The notes below the pieces were generated by a model that did no database searches, was not told the origin of the DNA, and was given only the letters and a program-made list of their open reading frames with translations. A stretch of 64,000 nucleotides of DNA from Ranitomeya imitator (Eukaryota), in NCBI RefSeq assembly GCF_032444005.1, contig NC_091287.1, forward strand, positions 503,936,001 to 504,000,000. The letters are read 5' to 3'. Of the stretch, positions 23,170 through 35,239 are shown in pieces; within the stretch, counting starts at the first letter, position 1, and every line of letters starts with the position of its first letter. Position numbers and translations under genes: made by a program.

Positions 23170-26100
23170 CCACAGACAGGCATCGAAGGCCTAAAATAAT
23201 AACACATGGCTGTAGGCAATTTTAAATTGGTTCCAGGGGTACACGGGCAGCAGTGGTGTGGTCAGTGGAGGCCTAGTGGAAGGAGTGACCACAGACAGGC
23301 ATCGAAGGCCTAAAATATTAACACATGGCTGTAGTCAATTTTAAATTGGTTCCAGGGGTACTTGGGCAGCAGTGCCCTGGTCAGTGTAGTAGTAGTTGAA
23401 AGAATGGACCGCAGACAGGCATCGAAGGCCTAAAATAAAAAAATTGGGCTGGCTGTAGGCAATTTTAAATTGGTTCCAGGGGTACACGGGCAGCAGTGGT
23501 GTGGTCAGTGGAGGCCTAGTGGAAGGAGTGACCGCAGACAGGCATCGAAGGCCTAAAATAATAACACATGGCTGTAGGCAATTTTAAATTGGTTCCAGGG
23601 TTACACGGGCAGCAGTGGTGTGGTCAGTGGAGGCCTAGTGGAAGGAGTGACCGCAGACAGGCATCGAAGGCCTAAAATAATAACACATGGCTGTAGGCAC
23701 TTTTAAATTGGTTCCAGGGGTACATGGGCAGCAGTGTATGGTCAGTGGAAGTCTAGTGGAAGGAGTGACCGCAGACAGGCATCGAAGGCCTAAAATAATA
23801 ACACATGGCTGTAGGCAATTTTAAATTGGTTCCAGGGGTACACGGGCAGCAGTGGTGTGGTCAGTGGAGGCCTAGTGGAAGGAGTGACCGCAGACAGGCA
23901 TCGAAGGCCTAAAATAATAACACATGGCTGTAGGCACTTTTAAATTGGTTCCAGGGGTACATGGGCAGCAGTGTATGGTCAGTGGAAGTCTAGTGGAAGG
24001 AGTGACCGCAGACAGGCATCGAAGGCCTAAAATAATCACACATGGCTGTAGGCAATTTTAAATTGGTTCCAGGGGTACACGGGCAGCAGTGGTGTGGTCA
24101 GTGGAGGCCTAGTGGAAGGAGTGACCGCAGACAGGCTTCGAAGGCCTAACATAACAAACTTGGGCTGGCTGTAGGCACTTTTAAATTGGTTCCAGGGGTA
24201 CATGGGCAGCAGTGTATGGTCAGTGGAAGTCTAGTGGAAGGAGTGACCGCAGACAGGCATCGAAGGCCTAAAATAATCACACATGGCTGTAGGCAATTTT
24301 AAATTGGTTCCAGGGGTACACGGGCAGCAGTGGTGTGGTCAGTGGAGGCCTAGTGGAAGGAGTGACCACAGACAGGCATCGAAGGCCTAAAATATTAACA
24401 CATGGCTGTAGTCAATTTTAAATTGGTTCCAGGGGTACTTGGGCAGCAGTGCCCTGGTCAGTGTAGTAGTAGTTGAAAGAATGGACCGCAGACAGGCATC
24501 GAAGGCCTAAAATACAAAAATTGGGCTGGCTGTAGGCAATTTTAAATTGGTTCCAGGGGTACACGGGCAGCAGTGGTGTGGTCAGTGGAGGCCTAGTGGA
24601 AGGAGTGACCGCAGACAGGCATCGAAGGCCTAAAATAATAACACATGGCTGTAGGCACTTTTAAATTGGTTCCAGGGGTACATGGGCAGCAGTGTATGGT
24701 CAGTGGAAGTCTAGTGGAAGGAGTGACCGCAGACAGGCATCGAAGGCCTAAAATAATCACACATGGCTGTAGGCAATTTTAAATTGGTTCCAGGGGTACA
24801 CGGGCAGCAGTGGTGTGGTCAGTGGAGGCCTAGTGGAAGGAGTGACCACAGACAGGCATCGAAGGCCTAAAATATTAACACATGGCTGTAGTCAATTTTA
24901 AATTGGTTCCAGGGGTACTTGGGCAGCAGTGCCCTGGTCAGTGTAGTAGTAGTTGAAAGAATGGACCGCAGACAGGCATCGAAGGCCTAAAATAAAAAAA
25001 TTGGGCTGGCTGTAGGCAATTTTAAATTGGTTCCAGGGGTACACGGGCAGCAGTGGTGTGGTCAGTGGAGGCCTAGTGGAAGGAGTGACCGCAGACAGGC
25101 ATCGAAGGCCTAAAATAATAACACATGGCTGTAGGCAATTTTAAATTGGTTCCAGGGTTACACGGGCAGCAGTGGTGTGGTCAGTGGAGGCCTAGTGGAA
25201 GGAGTGACCGCAGACAGGCATCGAAGGCCTAAAATAATCACACATGGCTGTAGGCAATTTTAAATTGGTTCCAGGGGTACACGGGCAGCAGTGGTGTGGT
25301 CAGTGGAGGCCTAGTGGAAGGAGTGACCACAGACAGGCATCGAAGGCCTAAAATATTAACACATGGCTGTAGTCAATTTTAAATTGGTTCCAGGGGTACT
25401 TGGGCAGCAGTGCCCTGGTCAGTGTAGTAGTAGTTGAAAGAATGGACCGCAGACAGGCATCGAAGGCCTAAAATAAAAAAATTGGGCTGGCTGTAGGCAA
25501 TTTTAAATTGGTTCCAGGGGTACACGGGCAGCAGTGGTGTGGTCAGTGGAGGCCTAGTGGAAGGAGTGACCGCAGACAGGCATCGAAGGCCTAAAATAAT
25601 AAAACATGGCTGTAGGCAATTTTAAATTGGTTCCAGGGGTACACGGGCAGCAGTGGTCTGGTCAGTGGAAGTCTAGTGGAAGGAGTGACCGCAGACAGGC
25701 TTCGAAGGCCTAACATAACAAACTTGGGCTGGCTGTAGGCACTTTTAAATTGGTTCCAGGGGTACATGGGCAGCAGTGTATGGTCAGTGGAAGTCTAGTG
25801 GAAGGAGTGACCGCAGACAGGCTTCCAAGGCCTAACATAACAAACTTGGGCTGGCTGTAGGCACTTTTAAATTGGTTCCAGGGGTACACGGGCAGCAGTG
25901 GTCTGGTCAGTGGAAGTCTAGTGGAAGGAGTGACCGCAGACAGGCTTCCAAGGCCTAACATAACAAACTTGGGCTGGCTGTAGGCACTTTTAAATTGGTT
26001 CCAGGGGTACACGGGCAGCAGTGGTCTGGTCAGTGGAAGTCTAGTGGAAGGAGTGACCGCAGACAGGCTTCGAAGGCCTAACATAACAAACTTGGGCTGG

Positions 26101-26830
26101 CTGTAGGCACTTTTAAATTGGTTCCAGGGGTACATGGGCAGCAGTGGTCTGGTCAGTGGAAGTCTAGTGGAAGGAGTGACCGCAGACAGGCTTCCAAGGC
26201 CTAACATAACAAAATTGGGCTGGCTGTAGGCACTTTAAATTGGTTCCAGGGGTACATGGGCAGCAGTGTATGGTCAGTGGAAGTCTAGTGGAAGGAGTGA
26301 CCGCAGACAGGCTTCCAAGGCCTAACATAACAAACTTGGGCTGGCTGTAGGCACTTTTAAATTGGTTCCAGGGGTACACGGGCAGCAGTGGTCTGGTCAG
26401 TGGAAGTCTAGTGGAAGGAGTGACCGCAGACAGGCTTCGAAGGCCTAACATAACAAACTTGGGCTGGCTGTAGGCACTTTTAAATTGGTTCCAGGGGTAC
26501 ATGGGCAGCAGTGGTCTGGTCAGTGGAAGTCTAGTGGAAGGAGTGACCGCAGACAGGCTTCCAAGGCCTAACATAACAAAATTGGGCTGGCTGTAGGCAC
26601 TTTAAATTGGTTCCAGGGGTACATGGGCAGCAGTGTATGGTCAGTGGAAGTCTAGTGGAAGGAGTGACGGCAGACAGTCTTCGAAGGCCTAACATAACAA
26701 AATTGGGCTGACTATAGGCACTTTTAAATTGGTTCCAGGGTAACACGGCCAGCAGTGGCCTGGTCAGTGTAGTAGTTGTAGAAAGAAGGGACCGCAGACA
26801 GGCTTCGAAGGCCTAACATAACAAAAATGT
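23170..26830. repeat. ~119-121-bp tandem array (~30 copies) inside the hAT
   Basis: Unit TTCCAGGGGTACACGGGCAGCAGTGG...GAAGGCCTAA...GGCTGTAGGCAATTTTAAATTGG repeated throughout. Confidence 0.95.
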
Positions 26831-27284
26831 CAAAACAATGGTATTGTCAGTGCCAGGCATTGAAGGATGTCAGCGCCTAGACTACACATTGGTGAAGCTG
26901 TGAGAGATAATTTTGCTAGTGGTAGAGCACTGTTTGAGCTGGGGGGGGAACTGGCTTGTGGCCGGCGGTACAGGCACAGGGCCCTTCATATTACAACGGT
27001 GTGTCTGACGTTGGGTGCGCACCACCACCGCCAGAGACACTTTATTGTACTATGAGGGACCCAGTGGCAGTGCCGTCGACCAAAAGCGGCCACACCCACC
27101 TCTTCAGACAAACAGCACTCTCAAGGGTCCAAGCGCAAAGTGGCGATAGCACGGCCCCGTGTGGGGAGTTTGGCCATTTCGTGAGGTGGAAACATGTCGT
27201 ATGCTGGACAATCAGGTGAAGAAAATTACGAGATTGGAAAAGTCATTCAGAATAGTCCACAGGCAAGACCTTTTCATAGGAAAG

Positions 27285-30200
27285 CTAGGTGTCAGCCGGG
27301 CAGGGTGGGGCAAAAGATTTTGAAATCCAGTTGTGGTTCATTTTAATGAAGGTTAGATCATCTACATTTTGGGTAGCCAGACGAGTCCTTTTTTCTGTTA
27401 GTATTGAACCTGCAGCACTGAATACTCTTTCTGATAGGACACTAGCTGCCGGGCAAGCAAGCTCCTGCAATGCATATTCTGCCAATTCTGGCCAGGTGTC
27501 TAATTTGGATGCCCAGTAATCAAATGGGAATGACGGTTGAGGGAGAACGTCGATAAGGGATGAAAAATAGTTTGTAACCATACTGGACAAATGTTGTCTC
27601 CTGTCACTTTGAATTGATGCTGCAGTACCTGTCCTGTCTGCGGTCATAGAAAAATCACTCCACAACCTGGTCAGAAAACCCCTCTGTCCAACGCCACTTC
27701 TGATTTCTGCCCCTCTAACACCTCTGGTCTGCTGGCCCCTGGAGCTCGTGTGAGAACGATCACGGGCGCTGTGTGCAGGGAATGCCAGAAGCAAACGGTC
27801 AACAAGAGTTGATTGTTTTGTTGCTAATATTAGTTCCAAGTTCTCATGTGGCATAATATTTTGCAATTTGCCTTTATAGCGAGGATCAAGGAGGCAGGCC
27901 AACCAGTAATCGTCATCGTTCATCATTTTTGTAATGCGTGTGTCCCTTTTGAGGATACGCAAGGCATAATCCGCCATGTGGGCCAAAGTTCCCGTTGTCA
28001 AATCTGCGGTTGTGCTTGGTTGAGGGGCAGTTGCAGGCAAATCTACGTCACTTGTGTCCCTCAAAAAACCAGAACCCGGCCTTGCCACGCCACCAATTTC
28101 CCGTGCCCCCGGGAAAGCTTCCTCATTAAAAATATACTCATCCCCATCATCCTCCTCATCCTCCACCTCCTCTTCGCCCGGTACCTCGTCATGTACACTG
28201 CCCTGACCAGACAATCGCTGACTGTCATCAAGGCTTTCCTCTTCCTCTGGTGCAGACGCCTGATCCTTTATGTGCGTCAAACTTTGCATCAGCAGACGCA
28301 TTAGGGGGATGCTCATGCTTATTATGGCGTTGTCTGCACTAACCAGCCGTGTGCATTCCTCAAAACACTGAAGGACTTGACACATGTCTTGAATCTTCGA
28401 CCACTGCACACCTGACAACTCCATGTCTGCCATCCTACTGCCTGCCCGTGTATGTGTATCCTCCCACAAAAACATAACAGCCCGCCTCTGTTCGCACAGT
28501 CTCTGAAGCATGTGCAGTGTTGAGTTCCACCTTGTTGCAACGTCTATGATTAGGCGATGCTGGGGAAGGTTCAAAGAACGCTGATAGGTCTGCATACGGC
28601 TGGAGTGTACAGGCGAACGGCGGATATGTGCGCAAAGTCCACGCACTTTGAGGAGCAGGTCGGATAACCCCGGATAACTTTTCAGGAAGCACTGCACCAC
28701 CAGGTTTAAGGTGTGAGCCAGGCAAGGAATGTGTTTCAGTTGGGAAAGGGAGATGGCAGCCATGAAATTCCTTCCGTTATCACTCACTACCTTGCCTGCC
28801 TCAAGATCTACAGTGCCCAGCCACGACTGCGTTTCTTGCTGCAAGAACTCGGACAGAACTTCCGCGGTGTGTCTATTGTCGCCCAAACACTTCATAGCCA
28901 ATACAGCCTGCTGACGTATGCCAGTAGCTGCCCCATAATGGGAGACCTGGTGTGCAACAGTGGCAGGTGCGGATGGAGTGTTTGTGCGACTGCGGTCTGT
29001 GGACGAGCTCTTGCTTCTGCAGGAGGACGAGGAGGAGGAGGAGGAGGAGGGGGTGCGAACGGCTACAGACAACTGTTTACTAGACCGTGGGCTAGGCAGA
29101 ACTGTCCCAAACTTGCTGTCCCCTGTGGACCCTGAATCCACCACATTTACCCAGTGTGCCGTGATGGACACGTAACGTCCCTGGCCATGCCTACTGGTCC
29201 ATGCATCTGTTGTCAGGTGCACCTTTGTGCTCACAGATTGCCTGAGTGCATGGACGATGCGCTCTTTAACATGCTGGTGGAGGGCTGGGATGGCTTTTCT
29301 GGAAAAAAAGTGTCGACTGGGTAGCTCGTAGCGTGGTACAGCGTAGTCCATCAGGTCTTTGAAAGCTTCGCTTTCAACTAACCGGTAGGGCATCATCTCT
29401 AACGAGATTAGTCTAGCTATGTGGGCGTTCAAACCCTGTGTACGCGGATGCGAGGCTAAGTACTTCCTTTTTCTAACCATAGTCTCATGTAGGGTGAGCT
29501 GGACTGGAGAGATGGAGATCGTGGAACTAGCGGGGGTGCCGGTGGACATGGCAGACTGAGAGACGGTGGGAGATGGTATTGTTGCCGCCGGTGCCCTAGA
29601 TGCAGTGTTTCCTACTACGAAACTGGTGATTCCCTGACCCTGACTGCTTTGGCCTGGCAAAGATACCTGCACAGATACAGCAGGTGGTGCGCTAAATGGT
29701 GGTCCTACACTGCCGGAAGGGATGTTGCGTTGATGACTAGCTTCATTGGCCGAGGGTGCAACAACCTTAAGGGACGTTTGGTAGTTAGTCCAAGCTTTCA
29801 AATGCATGGTGGTTAAATGTCTATGCATGCAACTAGTATTGAGACTTTTCAGATTCTGACCTCTGCTTAAGGAAGTAGAACATTTTTGACAGATGACTTT
29901 GCGCTGATCAATTGGATGTTGTTTAAAAAAATGCCAGACTGCACTCTTTCTAGCATCGGATACCTTTTCAGGCATTGCAGACTGAGCTTTAACCGGATGG
30001 CCACGCTGTCCTCCACCAGGTTTTGGCTTTGCCACGCGTTTTGGGCAAGATACGGGCCCGGCAGATGGAACCTGTGGCGATGTTGATGCCTGCTGCGGCC
30101 CCTCCTCCTCCGCTTCAGAACTGCTGCCGCCTGCACCCTGTTCCCCCAATGGCTGCCAATCGGGGTCAAGAACTGGGTCATCTAATAACTCTTCTTGTAC

Positions 30201-30734
30201 CTCCTGCGCAACTTCGTCTGTGTCACCGTGTCGTTCGGTGGTATAGCGTTCGTGATGGGGCAACATAGTCTCATCAGGGTCTGATTCTTGATCAGCACCC
30301 TGCGAGGGCAATGTTGTGGTCTGAGTCAAAGGACCAGCATAGTAGTCTGGCTGTGGCTGTGCGTCAGTGCACTCCATGTCAGATTCAACTTGTAATGGGC
30401 ATGGACTGTTAACTGCTTCACTTTCTAAGCCAGGGACGGTATGTGTAAAGAGCTCCATGGAGTAACCCGTTGTGTCGCCTGCTGCATTCTTCTCTGTTGT
30501 TGTTTTTGCTGAAGAGGACAAGGAAGTGACTTGTCCCTGACCGTGAACATCCACTAACGACGCGCTGCTTTTACTTTTACCAGTTTCACGAGAGGAGGCA
30601 AAAGAGCTAGAGGCTGAGTCAGCAAGATAAGCCAAAACTTGCTCTTGCTGCTCCGGCTTTAAAAGCGGTTTTCCTAATCCCAGAAAAGGGAGCGTTCGAG
30701 GCCTTGTGTAGCCGGACGACGAACCTGGCTCCAC
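27285..30734 (-). CDS. hAT transposase (zf-BED, DDE, C-terminal dimerisation domain); likely true start is the ATG at 30859, cut off by a 1-nt frameshift
   Basis: BED finger SAVWHFF...CQKC...MHRHLTTMH; HLTTDAWTS; VSDNGRN; CLAH; RWNST; ACPAASVLSERVFS. The ORF-track start is a GTG. Confidence 0.93.
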   Translation of the reverse strand: MEPGSSSGYTRPRTLPFLGLGKPLLKPEQQEQVLAYLADSASSSFASSRETGKSKSSASLVDVHGQGQVTSLSSSAKTTTEKNAAGDTTGYSMELFTHTVPGLESEAVNSPCPLQVESDMECTDAQPQPDYYAGPLTQTTTLPSQGADQESDPDETMLPHHERYTTERHGDTDEVAQEVQEELLDDPVLDPDWQPLGEQGAGGSSSEAEEEGPQQASTSPQVPSAGPVSCPKRVAKPKPGGGQRGHPVKAQSAMPEKVSDARKSAVWHFFKQHPIDQRKVICQKCSTSLSRGQNLKSLNTSCMHRHLTTMHLKAWTNYQTSLKVVAPSANEASHQRNIPSGSVGPPFSAPPAVSVQVSLPGQSSQGQGITSFVVGNTASRAPAATIPSPTVSQSAMSTGTPASSTISISPVQLTLHETMVRKRKYLASHPRTQGLNAHIARLISLEMMPYRLVESEAFKDLMDYAVPRYELPSRHFFSRKAIPALHQHVKERIVHALRQSVSTKVHLTTDAWTSRHGQGRYVSITAHWVNVVDSGSTGDSKFGTVLPSPRSSKQLSVAVRTPSSSSSSSSSCRSKSSSTDRSRTNTPSAPATVAHQVSHYGAATGIRQQAVLAMKCLGDNRHTAEVLSEFLQQETQSWLGTVDLEAGKVVSDNGRNFMAAISLSQLKHIPCLAHTLNLVVQCFLKSYPGLSDLLLKVRGLCAHIRRSPVHSSRMQTYQRSLNLPQHRLIIDVATRWNSTLHMLQRLCEQRRAVMFLWEDTHTRAGSRMADMELSGVQWSKIQDMCQVLQCFEECTRLVSADNAIISMSIPLMRLLMQSLTHIKDQASAPEEEESLDDSQRLSGQGSVHDEVPGEEEVEDEEDDGDEYIFNEEAFPGAREIGGVARPGSGFLRDTSDVDLPATAPQPSTTADLTTGTLAHMADYALRILKRDTRITKMMNDDDYWLACLLDPRYKGKLQNIMPHENLELILATKQSTLVDRLLLAFPAHSARDRSHTSSRGQQTRGVRGAEIRSGVGQRGFLTRLWSDFSMTADRTGTAASIQSDRRQHLSSMVTNYFSSLIDVLPQPSFPFDYWASKLDTWPELAEYALQELACPAASVLSERVFSAAGSILTEKRTRLATQNVDDLTFIKMNHNWISKSFAPPCPADT

Positions 30735-31179
30735 AGCTCCAGACTTGGTGCATTATTTTTTTCCCCACGACCACCTGATGCTCCACCACTACCACTACCC
30801 TCATTACCAGCTGACAATGAACGCCCCCGGCCACGACCTCTTCCACTAGACTTCCTCATTGTTTTAAAAACGTAACCAAACTAACGTTATTTGTTGCAGT
30901 CACACAACTTACACGGTGAGCTATAACTTCAGTATGATTTAGCTACCCCTTTACAGGTTGGTGAGACCACAGCGAAAATCAGGCCCAATGTTACACACTC
31001 TTTTTTTGGTGGCTGCAAATTAGAGAGATGCCCCACACGCAGGACTGTCACTGAAGCACAAATGTTAATATTAATGTCACACTATTATTTTTTTTTTATT
31101 TTTATTTTTTTCAGGAACACTTTAGAAACCCCCCCAAAAAAAAAACATTGATTTTTGCAGGGAGAATTTAGAAAACAAA

Positions 31180-32940
31180 TGTAACAAACTATATGCTTTC
31201 TATGGGCCACTGAGTGAGAGATGACGCACACAGGAATCAGGAGTGGCACACAAGCCCAGAGGCCAATATTTTTCTACCAATGATTGATGGAGTTATTTTC
31301 TCTGGTAGATTTTGGAACCCAAATCAAGGAAAAAAAATATAGGCTTTCTATGGACCACAATTGGAGAGAGAGAGAGAGAGAGAGAGATGGCACACCCAGG
31401 AGTCAAGACTGGCACACAAGCAGAAAGGCCAATATTAATCTCCCACTGTTTTTTTTTTTTTTTTTCAGGGAGACTTTAGAAAAAAAAATAATAAAAAAAA
31501 TATGATTTTATCAGGAAGAATTTAGAAACCAAATAAAATAAAATGATTTTTTCAGGGAGAATTTATAAAACAAATAAAACCAAAAATAGGCGTTCTATGG
31601 CCCACTGACTGAGAGATGACGCACCCAGGAGTCAAGACTGGCACACAAGCAGAAAGGCCAATATTAATCTCCCACTGTTTTTTTTTTTTTTTTCAGGGAG
31701 ACTTTAGAAAAAAAAATAATAAAAAAAATATGATTTTGTCAGGAAGAATTTAGAAACCAAATAAAATAAAATGATTTTTTCAGGGAGAATTTAGAAAACA
31801 AATAAAACCAAAAATAGGCGTTCTATGGCCCACTGACTAAGAGAGAGAGAGAGAGATGGAACGCTTAGTACTGGCACACAAGCCCAAAGGGCAATATTAA
31901 TCTCCCTTTTTTTTTCCAGGGAGAATTTCTAAAACCCCCCAAAAAAAAAAAAATAGGCTTTCTATGGCCCACTATTTGTGAGAGAGATGGGACGCTCAGG
32001 ACTGGCACAGACGGCACGCTCAGGACTGGCACAGAAGCCCAGAGGCCAATATTAATCTCCCTTTTTTTCTGGGAGAATTTATAAAACCAAAAAAATATTT
32101 AAATAGGCTTTCTATGGCCCACTATTTGTGAGAGAGATGGCACGCTCAGGACTGGCACAGATGGCACGCTCACAACTGGCACACAAGCCCAGAGGCCAAT
32201 ATTAATCTCCCTTTTTTCAGGGAAAATTTATAAAACCAAAAAAAAAATTAAATAGGCTTTCTATGGCCCACTATTTGTGAGAGAGATGGCACGCTCAGGA
32301 CTGGCACAGATGGCACGCTCACAACTGGCACACAAGCCCAGAGGCCAATATTAATCTCCCTTTTTTCAGGGAAAATTTATAAAACAAAAAAAAAAAATTA
32401 AATAGGCTTTCTATGGCCCACTATTTGTGAGAGAGATGGCACGCTCAGGACTGGCACAGATGGCACGCTCACAACTGGCACACAAGCCCAGAGGCCAATA
32501 TTAATCTCCCTTTTTTTCAGGGAGAATTTATAAAACCAAAAAAAAAATTAAATAGGCTTTCTATGGCCCACTATTTGTGAGAGAGATGGCACGCTCAGGG
32601 CTGGCACAGATGGCACGCTCAGGACTGGCACACAAGCCCAGAGGCCAATATTAATCTCCCTTTTTTTCAGGGAGAATTTATAAAACCCCAAAAAAAATAA
32701 AATAGGCTTTCTATGGCCCACTATTTGTGAGAGAGATGGCACACTCAGGACTGGCACACAAGCCCAAAGGCCAATATTAATCTCCCACTGTATTTTTATC
32801 AGGGAGAATTTATACACCCCACAAAAAAAAATACAGAAAAATGAAAAGGCTTTCTATGGCCCACTATGTGAGAGAGATGGCACACACAGGGATGGCACTC
32901 TAGCAGAAATGCCAAATTGCCAATCTTAATCTCCCACCCA
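31180..32940. repeat. ~120-150-bp tandem repeats upstream of the transposase
   Basis: Recurrent GGCTTTCTATGGCCCACT...GAGAGATGGCAC...GGCCAATATTAATCTCCC. Confidence 0.9.
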
Positions 32941-33429
32941 AAAAAAAAAAAAAAAAAACACAGGGAATGTCCTACAATTACTATCTCCCTGCCTGCAGTA
33001 ATCTCAGCCAGGTATGGCAGGCAGCTACTATCTCCCTGCCTGCAGTAATCTCAGCCAGGTATGGCAGGCAGCAATAAGGAGTGGACTGATGCACAAATGA
33101 AATAAAAAGTGTGGACAAACAAAAAAGATAGCTGTGCAGAAAGGAAGGAACAAGAGGATTTGTGCTTTGAAAAAAGCAGTTGGTTTGCACAGCGGCGTAC
33201 ACACAGCAATGCAGCTATCAGGGAGCCTTCTAGGGCAGCCCAATGAGCTACAGCGCTGAGGGGAAAAAAAAAAAAAAAAAACTTCCACTGTCCCTGCACA
33301 CCGAGGGTGGTGTTGGACAGTGCAAATCGCTGCAGCACAAGCGGTTTTGTGGTTAATGGACCCTGCCTAACGCTATCCCTGCTTCTGACAAAGTGGCAGC
33401 AACCTCTCCCTAAGCTCAGATCAGCAGCA

Positions 33430-33495
33430 GTAAGATGGCGGTCAGCGGGAACGCCTCTTTATAGCCCCTGTGACGTCGCAGACAGCAAGCCAATC
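33430..33495 (-). promoter_or_regulatory. Putative hAT transposase promoter
   Basis: CCAAT 33490-33494, CRE-like TGACGTC 33471-33477, TATAAA 33458-33463 (minus), YY1-like CCGCCATCTT 33432-33441, in the right order and pointing to the transposase. Confidence 0.6.
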
Positions 33496-34414
33496 ACTGC
33501 AATGCCCTTCTCTAAGATGGTGGGGACCAGGACCTATGTCATCACGCTGCCCACACTCTGCGTTTACCTTCATTGGCTGAGAAATGGCGCTTTTCGCGTC
33601 ATTGAAACGCGACTTTGGCGCGAAAGTCGCGTACCGCATGGCCGACCCCGCACAGGGGTCGGATCGGGTTTCATGAAACCCCGACTTAGCCAAAAGTCGG
33701 CGACTTTTGAAAATGTTCGACCCGTTTCACTCAACCCTAGTGACAGTATTTGTTTCTCGTATGTGTTATTATTCGGTCACTATGTGGTGGCAATATGTGG
33801 TCTGGTCATGGTGTGACAGCATTGTGGTATTATTATTCGATCACAATGTGATGGTAATATGTGTTCTGCTCATAGAGTGGCAGTTTTTCTCTCTTATATG
33901 TGGTATTATTCAGTCACTATGTGGTTGTATGCTGTGGTGGTATTTGTCCCTTGTATGCGGTATTATTGGTCATTTAAAAAAAATGATTGTGACCCATTCA
34001 CTTAAAGAAAAATAAAGAAAAATATACCTAAAAAGAGAACAGGATAGTTTAACAAATATTTAATAGGCTAGAGTAGAATAGGGCCCTGCCAAAAAAGTCT
34101 ACCTTGTCATGGTGGAAGGCTTAAGAAATGTTTTTGCCAACACCAAAGTTGATTGCTATGTATGTGATATGGTGTTCAATGGGAATTTTTAATATGTAAT
34201 TGGTAAGGACGTGGTGCTGAAGTACAGTTTTTCCAAGAGTAGGCTGTAGGACTGTGAAAGGCTTGAGGGGTGGTGGAGGTGAAGCTGGGGTGGGGCCTGG
34301 GTGGTGTCTCAAAAATGTTGCCAGTACGAAGCCCTGAAATTCCTAGTGGCAGCCATATGTATATATATAACATATACAGTATAGTATATAGACGACACAA
34401 CATTGACAGCAGCA

Positions 34415-35155
34415 AGCGTAGACGGAATGAAGGACTTACTATGGAGTGTCAAGTTGGAAAGCTTGAACAAGGTACTGCTACTCAACACAAAGAAGACAAA
34501 GATTTGCCAGGTATGACTGGGACACATTTGAGATTGACGGTGATGAACTGGAAGTTTTAAAGGGCTGCAACCTACTCGGATCAATGATCACTCAAGATGC
34601 AGCGATGACACCAAGAGTCAATATGAGAATATCTATATTCAATTATAATCAACAATGAAGTCACTGGACAAGCTCTTCAAATTGAGGAACATCTTACTGG
34701 AGACAAAGAAACAGCTCGTACATAGTTTGGTCTTTTCTGTGATAACAAATGGATGCTAATCCTGTACAATAAAGAAACAAGACATAAGTAGAATTGATGC
34801 CTTCAAAATACGGTGCTGGAGAAGGATTTTATCAATACCATGGATGGCAAGAAGAACAAACAAATCACTTTTGGAACAAATCAAGCCAGACATGTCACTC
34901 GAAGCAAGGATCACCAAGCTACGACTTGTCTACCTTGAACGCATCATACAAAGAGAGCAATCACTGGAGAAGGACATCATGGTTGGAAGAAAAGAAGGAG
35001 CAAGGCAAAGAAGACCAGCAACCTGATAGCTTGATACTATCAAGATAATGGCAGAGAAGACCCTGGTGGACCTATCTAGACTTGCACAAGATTGATCTTC
35101 CAACAGAGCGTTCATCATCAAGTCGTCATGACTCGAGATCGAGCTAAAGGTCCTT
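34415..35155 (+). pseudogene. Degenerate RTE-clade LINE 3' fragment
   Basis: IDAFKIRCWRRILSIPWMARRTNKSLLEQI...LEKDIMVG, typical of the RTE ORF2 C-terminus; frameshifts and stops. Confidence 0.7.
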
Positions 35156-35176
35156 AAAAAAATAAATAAATAAAAC

Positions 35177-35177
<1 letters not shown>

Positions 35178-35238
<61 letters not shown>
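35178..35238. repeat. (TA)n microsatellite
   Basis: Direct reading; another (TA)n lies at ~60330-60380. Confidence 0.95.

Positions 35239-35239
<1 letters not shown>

Larger units (their letters stand above)
19980..33739 (-). mobile_element. Full-length 13,760-bp hAT transposon
   Basis: TIRs TAGAGTTGAGCGA / TCACTCAACCCTA; exact 8-bp TSD GTGACAGT (19972-19979, 33740-33747); the host repeat continues on both sides. Confidence 0.95.

Noticed and set aside
21038-26746. Repeated ORFs in the 128-bp and 120-bp arrays; CRISPR-like appearance
   Set aside because: Whole units repeat with no unique spacers, there are no cas genes and the context is eukaryotic; the ORFs are by-products of periodicity.
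32975-33075. Duplicated ~43-bp unit resembling the U1 snRNA 5' end (TACCTGGC, GCAGGGAGATA on minus)
   Set aside because: Only two short discontinuous matches; no remaining U1 body or Sm site.
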